Source of the DNA: a virus
Direction: 5' to 3' (one strand)
IMG/VR virus record: IMGVR_UViG_3300032241_002567
Location: 32,001-96,000 of that record
Length of the DNA stretch: 64,000 nucleotides
Part shown: positions 9,889-18,399 of the stretch, piece by piece
Numbering within the stretch: the first letter of the stretch is position 1
How the letters are laid out: each line of letters begins with the position of its first letter
Translations under genes and position numbers: made by a program
Notes under the pieces: model-generated
What the model saw: only the letters and a program-made list of their open reading frames with translations
What the model was told of the DNA's origin: nothing
Databases searched by the model: none

Positions 9889-11103
9889 ATGAGATATTTA
9901 AAAAGTATAAATGAATTATATAAATCTCCCGGTTATTTGAATAGAATTTCCACACCTGATTCAGAAACAGGTGATATAAATCTATCAAGATTTGTGGAAT
10001 GGACTCCAAAATATACTCAAGGATGGGAATTAATGGGTATGCATGAAGTTGATGAAGATGGTTATGAATTATCAGATAGATATATTGCAATTGATAAATT
10101 TATATTTGAACAAAACTTAAGTGATGAAGAAATAAATACTATTAAACTTTCAATTACGGCTGCATTGGGTCAGATTGGTAATGCTAAATGGATTGATGGA
10201 TTTAAATTTGAATATAATAAAGCCAATGCTATAATATGTCTTGGTAAATTAGGTTTAATTTTTAAAAACAGGTATTATACACCAGTTTTTAGGATTTCAA
10301 AAAGAGAAGGTAGTTTATTTTGGATCGTAGCTGATTTTTATAAAGGTAACCAAATTGCTAGAAGTATTATGGTTACAAAATCAGATATTTCGAATCATGA
10401 ATTAGAGAGAAATTCTATTGAAATACAAAATGCACATTATCGTAAAGAATTTGAAGAAGAAAATAAAGAAAGACGCAAAGAAGGAAAGTCATTATTGTTA
10501 AAACCAAAAGAAGTTAAAGATGAAAGAAATTTTGTTAATCAATTATCAATAGTAAGAGACACAGGTGAAAAACAATTTTTCGTTATTTATATTGATATAT
10601 CAAAATATGATAGAATACAATTTGCTAAAAAAATGACTGGTGCTGATATAACATTAGAATCGCCAAGAACGGTTGCTGTAAAAACATCTAAAAAAAGAGA
10701 ATATGTTAAATCTGGAAATTATTTTTATTTTGATGTAAATAATGATCCTAAATATAAATATCTTTTAGCAAAAAATAAAGATTATCCAGAAAAATTAAAA
10801 GAGGTGAAAGATTTAGGTGGAAGAATGAAAGTTATTTTATATGAAGAAACACCAGGTGTGTTTAAATATGCCACGATAAAAAATATAGCGGCAACTGCTC
10901 AAAATTTAAAATCTAATTCATTAACACTTATTTTAAGTGCAAATAAAGTAGAAAAAATTCTAAAATTAGAATCGGGTGTTAAATTAAGAATACCTGTTTT
11001 AAATACCGATTATACAGATAGATTTGATTTATTTGAAGTTGAAGTTGGAAAAGTTGATCCAAAAGATAAAAAGAAAATACCAGTAATTAGAATACAAAAA
11101 TAA
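9889..11103 (+). CDS. Hypothetical late protein with MRYLKSINE tag
   Basis: Long ORF; TAATATATA overlaps the first ATG (9883), so 9889 is the likelier start. Confidence 0.7.
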   Translation: MRYLKSINELYKSPGYLNRISTPDSETGDINLSRFVEWTPKYTQGWELMGMHEVDEDGYELSDRYIAIDKFIFEQNLSDEEINTIKLSITAALGQIGNAKWIDGFKFEYNKANAIICLGKLGLIFKNRYYTPVFRISKREGSLFWIVADFYKGNQIARSIMVTKSDISNHELERNSIEIQNAHYRKEFEEENKERRKEGKSLLLKPKEVKDERNFVNQLSIVRDTGEKQFFVIYIDISKYDRIQFAKKMTGADITLESPRTVAVKTSKKREYVKSGNYFYFDVNNDPKYKYLLAKNKDYPEKLKEVKDLGGRMKVILYEETPGVFKYATIKNIAATAQNLKSNSLTLILSANKVEKILKLESGVKLRIPVLNTDYTDRFDLFEVEVGKVDPKDKKKIPVIRIQK

Positions 11104-11149
11104 ATAATATTTAATTGCTTATTTTTAATCTTCTAAAATCTGATCAATT

Positions 11150-11647
11150 TTATAGTTTCTCAAATAAGCAATTAAATAAATTATAACTTTTGCCATTTAT
11201 TATTTCATATCTATTTTTTGGATTTCTCAATATGTTATTATTCAAAGTCCAGACAGCATTTGAAGCATATAATATCTCAGTTGGTGTTATTCTTAAATAA
11301 GGAGGATTAGTTAAATCTAAATTCATATTTGCTAAGAAAATTGCTATATTATTATAATTAAAACAAAATTTATTCAATTCTACTGAAAAAACCCTTTTAC
11401 CGCCAAAATTTTTTGGGTTTGGCAAATTTTTTAAATCAATTAAAAATACCTTATTTGAAAAATTGTATTTTTCAATATCTTTATATGTTTCTATATTTTC
11501 CAAAGTAATAAATTCTTTTGATTTTAATTTAGAAAAAATATCTTTGAGAAAGATATTTAATAATTCTTCAGACTCAAAAGTAGAACCAAATGTAAAAATT
11601 CCATTATGACAGTCTATTAAGTTTGCTATTTGTATGCTTATTTCCAC
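11150..11647 (-). CDS. Hypothetical protein, possibly a degenerate DnaB/RecA-fold fragment
   Basis: IAIFLANMN...ILYASNAVWTL...KNRY resembles DnaB C-terminal motifs; no Walker A. Confidence 0.4.
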   Translation of the reverse strand: MEISIQIANLIDCHNGIFTFGSTFESEELLNIFLKDIFSKLKSKEFITLENIETYKDIEKYNFSNKVFLIDLKNLPNPKNFGGKRVFSVELNKFCFNYNNIAIFLANMNLDLTNPPYLRITPTEILYASNAVWTLNNNILRNPKNRYEIINGKSYNLFNCLFEKL

Positions 11648-12053
11648 TACTTTCTAAGATTTGGTTTTGTTTCTCTATTTCGACCATTTTTTCTAAAACT
11701 TTTTCCGAAGCTCTTTTTATTTTACGCATTTGAAATAAAGTTTTTTCTGAACTTTCATAAAGCAATTTGTAATATGACTCTGGATTTGTAGTTTTTAAAT
11801 CAACAGATATATAATCATAAGTTACTTCATCAGGTTGAAAATCAAAATAATCAGAGTTCATTTCTGATTGCATTTTATCTTGCGTTAGATCTAATCCTAT
11901 TGTTTGTGCTGCTATTTTTATATTATTAGGTAATTCTTCTTCAAATGGATGATTAATAAATTTCCATTCTTCTGTAGATTCAGGTTTAACATCATAAATT
12001 AAAATATCGTTTCCTTTTTTTGATTTGAATAAGTTTTTAATTTTTTGTAACAT
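11604..12053 (-). CDS. Hypothetical protein containing a capsid-like LPxxxKIAAQTIGLDL segment
   Basis: Segment matches LPLVRRVAAQTLSM in 15736..16488. Confidence 0.6.
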   Translation of the reverse strand: MLQKIKNLFKSKKGNDILIYDVKPESTEEWKFINHPFEEELPNNIKIAAQTIGLDLTQDKMQSEMNSDYFDFQPDEVTYDYISVDLKTTNPESYYKLLYESSEKTLFQMRKIKRASEKVLEKMVEIEKQNQILESSGNKHTNSKLNRLS

Positions 12054-12056
12054 AAT

Positions 12057-12368
12057 TTAAATTTTATTTTGTAAATATAATTGGTTTGAAATATATTCTG
12101 AATAAGCAATAGATTCGTCTATTTGCTTACAAAGATACGAATTAATTCCGTAATAATTCATATAGTTTTTATAAGTATCTGTTTCTTCCACAGTTAATGG
12201 TATATACTCTATATCCTTTAAAATAGAATCTATTTTTCTATCTCTATTAACCGCTTTTAATTCTCTTTCTATTTCTTTAGCAAGAAAAATATCTTTTTCG
12301 TAAATATCAGAATGCATAGTTATATTAAAATTCCCATTCATCCCATTTTTGTTTGTTAAATTCATCAT
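12057..12368 (-). CDS. Small NRDRKIDSIL-module protein
   Basis: KAVNRDRKIDSILKDIEYIPLTVEETDTYKNY; start uncertain (overlaps polymerase end). Confidence 0.65.
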   Translation of the reverse strand: MMNLTNKNGMNGNFNITMHSDIYEKDIFLAKEIERELKAVNRDRKIDSILKDIEYIPLTVEETDTYKNYMNYYGINSYLCKQIDESIAYSEYISNQLYLQNKI

Positions 12369-13857
12369 CTGTATAATCTTCATCAGTTTCTTCTTGTTTT
12401 TTCTTTTGTAATGAACTACCAAATATATCCAATACAACTGATAATCTTTTTGTTATTTCTGGCATTCCTAATGGTTCTATAATTGAATTGATAGGAGATA
12501 AGATACATTTATCAAATTGTTCGTCTAAATCTATTTCAGGCGCAATTTCAATAGGATAAGAACCACGATTAAATGCGAATACCGAATTAATTTTTTTATT
12601 CTTACAATAATAATATTTTATTTTAGAACCAGATTTTAAGAATTCATATTTAGATTGTAAATCTTTATTTTTATATAACAACCAATTATAATAAGCGGAA
12701 GCTTTTACCGCAAAATGAGCACCGTTTACAAATAATAATTTATTTTTATCATCCAAAACTTTTTCATTATAATTAGAGCAACTAGATTGCATACTAATCT
12801 CATCAATTCTATCCGGAACACATAAATCAAATTCTTTTTTAAGATTTTTAACCAATTTAAGTAATTCCCGAATGTTAAAAGTATCTGGGTGACTAAATAA
12901 ATATTTAATAATATCTACGATTTTATCTCTCGCAAATGATGGTGTAGAACGTCTAACTAGCTCAACTCCCTTTGGATAGATATAATTTAATCTTTCATAA
13001 GGTATGCCATCTTCAAATACTATGTGTTGAATATATTTCTTTTTGGCAATATAAATAACAGATTCACTAATTCTTTCTAATTCAAAATCTTCTTTATTTG
13101 TAACTCCATAACTTTCAGCATATTCTTCAAGACATTTCTTAAAATATCCAGCATAACGATAATAGTCAAGTCCATGTATATAATCTAATTCATAAGACCA
13201 GTTCCATTTAAGTTTTGATTCTAATTTATTATCATTGATAAACTTATCAAAATCACGATTTTTGATCCATTTACCATCCGCTATAAATAATTCTATTTCA
13301 TCTAAATTTTGAATATCGGACAAATTTTCATAAATACCTAAACAATTAGGATTATCTGATTTAATTTCTTCTCTACCTTTTAGAATTATATGCTTTTTAG
13401 TTATTTTATCTAAATTAGAAAAGAAAAGATTTTTCCAATCTGAATGTGTTATTGCTGGTTTAAATGATACGAATAAAGAATCTGTGTCAGCGTAAATGCT
13501 AACTGGCTCTTTTTCTATTTGCTTTATTTTTCTAATGCAAACTTTTTGATGTAATTCTGTATCTTTATGCCATTGATTATACCAATAATCTTCGTTAACA
13601 CGATTCATTGTTTTAGTCAAATCTCTACCCTGAGCTGTGATTGAAGATGCCACATGGTTATTAAATAGAACGAAATAGGATGCCGCGAAGGCGCCATATG
13701 ATTTTTGCCCCACCATTTCTGGTGGGGCCATTTAAGATCCATTAAGAACTAACTTGAGTGCTAATTGTAAGGCATTGAAATAATCAACATCCTTTTTCAA
13801 GTTAGCAGCTTGAGTTCTTAATGAATCTAATTGTATTAATTTTTCTTCTTTTGTCAT
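12325..13857 (-). CDS. Family B DNA polymerase, C-terminal subunit (gp43B-like), interrupted in motif B by a 36-nt insert
   Basis: Unannotated 41-aa 5' ORF 13857-13732 ends QLALKLVLNGS*. The same frame resumes YGAFA...ITAQG...YADTDS...KKKY...KGVELVRRSTP. No exonuclease domain or motif A. Confidence 0.93.
13699..13734 (-). other. Candidate translational-bypass element (stop, hairpin, landing codon)
   Basis: mRNA GGA UCU [UAA AUG GCCCCACCA GAAA UGGUGGGGC AAAAA UCA] UAU GGC; perfect 9-bp stem at 13707-13728. Confidence 0.6.
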
Positions 13858-13866
13858 TAAAAAGAT

Positions 13867-14772
13867 ATGTTTTTAACTTATAAAACTAAACTAAAAGAAA
13901 GTTTTTTATATAAAAATATATATTTTATTATTATGTTAAAAAACAAAAAGATTGAAGTTTATATTTCATACAGAAATATAACTCACTATAAAAAATTAGG
14001 CTATAACCCCGAATTAAATGAGAATTTGGAAATCGATGTTTATGATTTACCGACATCTTCACATGTTAAAATTGATGCTATTTGTGAAATCTGTAAAGCG
14101 GAAATAAATATAAGATATCATAAATATATTGAAAATAAGAAAAGGCATGGTTTTTATGGCTGTAAAAAATGTTCAAGACAAAAAGCTTCTTTAACTATGT
14201 TCGATAAATATGGAGTTTATAATGTTTCAGAATTAGAGGAATGTAAGAATAAAAAAGAAGAAACATATTTAAAAAAATATGGATATAAAACCAATTTAAT
14301 TTCCCCAGATTATATTTCACTTATAAAAGAAAAATTGAAAGAAAAATATAATACAGAAAATTGGTATGAGATTAGAAACGGTCAAGGTTCTCCTAAAAAA
14401 TTAATAATTTTTGCAGAATCAAAAGAATATACCGAGATAAGTTTTAATTATGATAATCAATTCATGAATAGTGACTATATTATGTATAGGAATGAAGTTC
14501 GTAGACTTACTAAGACTAATGAAAAATTGTTATTCCAAAATTGGAATGGTGAAGATTTTTATGATAAAGAAATTATAAGTAATAATTTTATTTTAGATTT
14601 TAATGACCCAAATTATCCAACTATCGATCATAAAATATCTATTTATTATGGTTTCAAAAATAATATGCAGCCAAAAGATATCGCAAAAATAGAAAATCTT
14701 TGTATCACAAAGAGAAGTATTAATTCTTCAAAAAATAGTAAAAATGAATCAGAATTTATTCGTGAAGATTAA
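13867..14772 (+). CDS. Free-standing HNH-type homing endonuclease
   Basis: CEIC..CKKC, KYGV/KYGY repeats, PTIDHKISI...NLCITKRSINSSKN; start may be the second Met (13933); divergent from the polymerase. Confidence 0.75.
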   Translation: MFLTYKTKLKESFLYKNIYFIIMLKNKKIEVYISYRNITHYKKLGYNPELNENLEIDVYDLPTSSHVKIDAICEICKAEINIRYHKYIENKKRHGFYGCKKCSRQKASLTMFDKYGVYNVSELEECKNKKEETYLKKYGYKTNLISPDYISLIKEKLKEKYNTENWYEIRNGQGSPKKLIIFAESKEYTEISFNYDNQFMNSDYIMYRNEVRRLTKTNEKLLFQNWNGEDFYDKEIISNNFILDFNDPNYPTIDHKISIYYGFKNNMQPKDIAKIENLCITKRSINSSKNSKNESEFIRED

Positions 14773-15256
14773 CTGGTTTTGACATCATAGTAAATGGAAT
14801 CACAACGTCTTTTAGAGACTCCAAAGTTTTTAAGGTTTGTTGATAATTTGTAAAAAGATTTATTTTATTTACTTTTGAAGTTATTTCCCATAGAGGAGTT
14901 TTGGTATTATTTAATACAATACCATCAGAAGTCATATTTAGATATTTAATTTTTTTATCACTATCAATAAATCCAATTTTTTCTGGCATTATTTTATCTT
15001 CTAAGTGTTTTTTTAAAATATAAAATGTTCCAGTTAATAAAACTTCATACTGGTCATTTTTGCCTTTTCTGATTTTATCAATTATTCCCATATAAATTTT
15101 TCTTTTACCTTCAAAAATTGGGTTACTTAAAATTAAAACACAACCACTTTCAATTGGTTCAGTATGTGAAGCTTTCATTGTGGAAAATGGATGTTTGGGC
15201 TTTCTAAGATGTTTATAATTCTCATTAAATGATTTGAAATTAAATATATAATTCAT
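14756..15256 (-). CDS. Hypothetical late protein with MNYIFNFKSFNE tag
   Basis: Shares a divergent TATATATA promoter core with 15273. Confidence 0.65.
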   Translation of the reverse strand: MNYIFNFKSFNENYKHLRKPKHPFSTMKASHTEPIESGCVLILSNPIFEGKRKIYMGIIDKIRKGKNDQYEVLLTGTFYILKKHLEDKIMPEKIGFIDSDKKIKYLNMTSDGIVLNNTKTPLWEITSKVNKINLFTNYQQTLKTLESLKDVVIPFTMMSKPVNLHE

Positions 15257-15272
15257 AGTATATATATTTATT

Positions 15273-15734
15273 ATGAGATTACAAAAATTTTTGGAACATG
15301 TATTAGCAAATGGACTTACTTTTAAAGTAAAAGAAACTAAAAAAACTATTTTAATAGAATCTTATTCTGAGGAAAAATTAAAATTGGATTCTTGGATTTC
15401 TATGAATAAATTTTATTCTTATGATGATGCAGAGTCAACACTTAAAGGATTAATTGATGAAGATGAATATGAATTATTAACAAATGATAAACCAGTTATT
15501 TTTATTGATAAAATAGGAGTTAGAAAATCTATACAAAGAATAGGAATAGGATCTAATTTGTTAGATAAATGTTTTGAAGTAGCACTCAATAAAAATATAA
15601 ATATTATTTTATTAAATGCATTTCCTCTTGATGATTCAATTACTCCAGAAAAGTTAGTTAATTGGTATAAAAAAAGAGGATTTAAATTAATAAAATCTAT
15701 CGGTAAGAATAATTTAATGATTAAAAGATTGTAA
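15273..15734 (+). CDS. GNAT acetyltransferase with MRLQKFLE tag
   Basis: IGVRKSIQRIGIGSNLL (acetyl-CoA motif A), LVNWYKKRGF (motif B). Confidence 0.85.
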   Translation: MRLQKFLEHVLANGLTFKVKETKKTILIESYSEEKLKLDSWISMNKFYSYDDAESTLKGLIDEDEYELLTNDKPVIFIDKIGVRKSIQRIGIGSNLLDKCFEVALNKNINIILLNAFPLDDSITPEKLVNWYKKRGFKLIKSIGKNNLMIKRL

Positions 15735-15735
15735 T

Positions 15736-16488
15736 TTATTTTTTATCATCATATTTAAAATCCAGATAAAATAATAGATCAGTAGGAGCCGACATTGGTT
15801 GAACAGAAGCTAAACCTGATTTTAAATATTCTTGATATTCTTCTGTATCCTCTAATTTTAATTCTTCATAATCTTCATCAAAAAGAATCGAATCAATTTT
15901 CCTATCACGATTAGTAGCAGTCACTTTTATTTCTGCTTCTTCTAATAGTTTTTCATCACCCATAGATAAAGTTTGAGCAGCAACTCTTCTTACAAGTGGA
16001 AGAACCGCACTAGCAAATGGATTACTTGAAGTTGCGGTATGTTGACTCCATAGTGTTTGTTGCTGTTGCCAAACACTATTAGAATCAGATTCGCTTATTG
16101 AATGTGCTTGTGCATATTCGTGCATCCAATCTGCTCTGCTTCTTGTAATTTCCATAGAATCTAATACAGGTTGCCATTTATCTATTGTTTCTTGTTTATA
16201 TTTTTCTATATGACATGTTGTGTATTTTAGATTTTTAACTGGTTTAAACCAAGTTTCGGAAAATTTTTTATATTCTTCTGTATCTTCAATTTTATATTCT
16301 TGGAATTCTGTATCTTCCAAAATAGAATCAATTTTTCTATCCCTATTTACTGCTATAACTTTTAATTTTGCTGCTTCTAATAGAGGACTTGATATTGTGG
16401 TGGTTGTTAATTGTATAATATATGGAGCATATATTATTTTTGATTCTTGACTTTTATATCCAATTACAATTTTATTTGAATCTTCCAT
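15736..16488 (-). CDS. Mosaic of major-capsid fragments plus two NRDRKIDSIL modules
   Basis: IGYK..IIYAPYI; IDKWQPVLD; AVLPLVRRVAAQT...SVQPMSAPTDLLFYLDFKY match T4 gp23 segments. Confidence 0.75.
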   Translation of the reverse strand: MEDSNKIVIGYKSQESKIIYAPYIIQLTTTTISSPLLEAAKLKVIAVNRDRKIDSILEDTEFQEYKIEDTEEYKKFSETWFKPVKNLKYTTCHIEKYKQETIDKWQPVLDSMEITRSRADWMHEYAQAHSISESDSNSVWQQQQTLWSQHTATSSNPFASAVLPLVRRVAAQTLSMGDEKLLEEAEIKVTATNRDRKIDSILFDEDYEELKLEDTEEYQEYLKSGLASVQPMSAPTDLLFYLDFKYDDKK

Positions 16489-16801
16489 ATTTTATCCATT
16501 CTTCTTTATATTTATCAGACAATCTTTTAAATTCTTCTGTGTCTTCTATATTAGTTGGTGTAAATTCTTTATCTTCTAAAATAGAATTAAGTTTTCCTTC
16601 TCTATTTTGAGCAGTTATTCCAGCAGCAAATTTTTCAAAATTTGCTGCTATTAATTCAGATGCTAAAATATTTTCTAGTGCAGCCTCTACATCTATTCCA
16701 CATTGTGCATACAATCCAGCAGCCTGTTCTCTTGTAATAGAAGCTTTAATTGTTTGAGTTCCAATTTTTATTTCTTTACTTATATTATTTAAGTTTGCCA
16801 T
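16472..16801 (-). CDS. Capsid backbone-helix fragment plus NREGKLNSIL module
   Basis: IKASITREQAAGLYAQCGIDVEAALENILASEL vs T4 gp23 LKAAYSIELAQDLRAVHGMDADAELSGILATEI. Confidence 0.75.
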   Translation of the reverse strand: MANLNNISKEIKIGTQTIKASITREQAAGLYAQCGIDVEAALENILASELIAANFEKFAAGITAQNREGKLNSILEDKEFTPTNIEDTEEFKRLSDKYKEEWIKYGRFK

Positions 16802-17015
16802 TTTTTATCCATTTTTCTTTATCTTCATCCGAAAGCAATTCAAATAATCTTGTTTCTTCGATATTTATTTCGGTATAATCTTTATCTTCCAAAATAGAAT
16901 TAAGTTTTCTTTCTCTATTTTATGCTTTTACACTAGCAGCAACGCACTACATTTTGTAAAATTACTTTACTATTTCTTGTTGCAGAAGTTGTGAATCAAT
17001 TTTATTACTACTCAT
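16785..17015 (-). pseudogene. Pseudogenised paralogue of the NRxRKLNSIL family
   Basis: MSSNKIDSQLLQQEIVK*FYKM*CVAASVKA*NRERKLNSILEDKDYTEINIEETRLFELLSDEDKEKWIKNGKLK*; C-terminal half closely parallels 16472..16801. Confidence 0.75.
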
Positions 17016-17796
17016 CGTCTTCGTCAAATGTTTGTTCGAAGGACAGCATTAAATTAGATATATTGTCCTTTACTAAAATAAATGTTTCAAACATATAAAA
17101 ATCAATCATATCCATGTCATCATTTATGTTTGATAAATATTTCTTATTGAATACTATATTTTGATTAATAGACGAATCAATTTCTCCAAGTTGCAATTCC
17201 CATTTAGAAGTTTCATTGGCTGCTATTTTGCCGTTATCAATTTCAATGGAAAGTATTTTGTCCTCTGAATCAATAGCACATAATTTCTTTATATCGTAAA
17301 AATCCTTTTTACTTATTTGGAAATTATAAATAGAATTATCTATATCTGTCCTTGCTTCTATTAAATCAGAATTAAGATCTTTTATATTAGATTCTTCGCC
17401 ACCAATACAATTAATCTTTAATTTACCGTTTGTAAATTGTGCTGAACGAATTTGCATAACTCCTTTATTTTCATGGTGAGGTTTATAAATAATGTCCATT
17501 TTAACCTGTGTATCTATATCAAAAAATTTTAATGATTTAATAAGTTTTGGAGCATTAACTATTATAAAATCATACATTTCTTCTTGCTCAAAGTTATCGA
17601 AATAATTTGTGGTTGGGAGAATATATGATTTCAAAGCCAAAACAGCTGAATCGTTGGCTTTCATGGAATACATAAGCACTTTATCAGATTCTATTTTCAG
17701 TTTTACAACTTCATTTATATTTGATAAGTCTTGTATTTTAGTAATAAAATCAGGGAAATAACGCTTATTTAAGTTGATTGATAATTTTTTGCTCAT
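17008..17796 (-). CDS. Sliding clamp (gp45/PCNA-like)
   Basis: Size, acidic two-domain alpha/beta pattern, position in the replication cluster. Confidence 0.65.
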   Translation of the reverse strand: MSKKLSINLNKRYFPDFITKIQDLSNINEVVKLKIESDKVLMYSMKANDSAVLALKSYILPTTNYFDNFEQEEMYDFIIVNAPKLIKSLKFFDIDTQVKMDIIYKPHHENKGVMQIRSAQFTNGKLKINCIGGEESNIKDLNSDLIEARTDIDNSIYNFQISKKDFYDIKKLCAIDSEDKILSIEIDNGKIAANETSKWELQLGEIDSSINQNIVFNKKYLSNINDDMDMIDFYMFETFILVKDNISNLMLSFEQTFDEDDE

Positions 17797-17828
17797 ACAA
17801 CATGTATTATTAAGTAATAAGAAGTTTA

Positions 17829-18344
17829 TTAGTTTTTAGATAAAAAATTATATAATTCAATAGTATTCTTTACTTGATAACCTACGTCAGATAATAATTT
17901 TACTAAAGATCTTAAATGTTCGATATGTGTTTCTATAATCTCTGTTGCTCTTTTTGCTTCAACCAAATGTCCTTCAATAATAGCCGTCATTTGACCGCCA
18001 CTAACTTTTCCATTAACATTTAATGGAACTTTTCCAAGTGCATACCAAACAATTTTATCTTGCTCTTGTCTTTTGAATTTAACTTTTTCTTTTGAAAGTT
18101 GATTAAGATAAAAAGCAATTTCATTTTGTAATCTTTCTCTATGCACCAAAGCATCAACCTGTAAATCAACTATTTTCTGTGCATTTTCGGCGTTATATTG
18201 TAATTTGGCAATTTCTAAAACTGGATGTATATCTTTTGTCCATTCATCTCTTTTTCCTTTAAAGAATTCTTCCATTCTATTATTAGACTCTTCTTTTTTG
18301 GCAATTGCTTCTAATTCTTCCTTTTCGTATAAACTAAATGTCAT
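17829..18344 (-). CDS. UvsY-like recombination mediator
   Basis: Helical; C-terminal LSDVGYQVKNTIELYNF resembles the UvsY C-terminus. Confidence 0.55.
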   Translation of the reverse strand: MTFSLYEKEELEAIAKKEESNNRMEEFFKGKRDEWTKDIHPVLEIAKLQYNAENAQKIVDLQVDALVHRERLQNEIAFYLNQLSKEKVKFKRQEQDKIVWYALGKVPLNVNGKVSGGQMTAIIEGHLVEAKRATEIIETHIEHLRSLVKLLSDVGYQVKNTIELYNFLSKN

Positions 18345-18399
18345 GAAATTTTTTGTTTTTATATATCTAAATTATTCTTTTGTTTTTATATATAACAAT

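Noticed and set aside
13699-13734. Group I/II intron or intrinsic terminator in the polymerase gene
   Set aside because: 36 nt is too short for a ribozyme and there is no terminal G. On the coding strand the stem is followed by As, not Us. On the + strand it is followed only by CATTT.
15880-15915. NRDRKIDSIL derived from the T4 gp23 delta-region YKDEKIAQAF
   Set aside because: Similarity is too short to support, and the module sits at non-homologous positions.
16785-17015. Stop-codon reassignment (alternative genetic code), suggested by in-frame stops here and in the polymerase
   Set aside because: The stops are mostly TAA, the main terminator genome-wide. Long genes read through fully in code 11, and TAG and TGA end real genes (17008, 34364, 47746).
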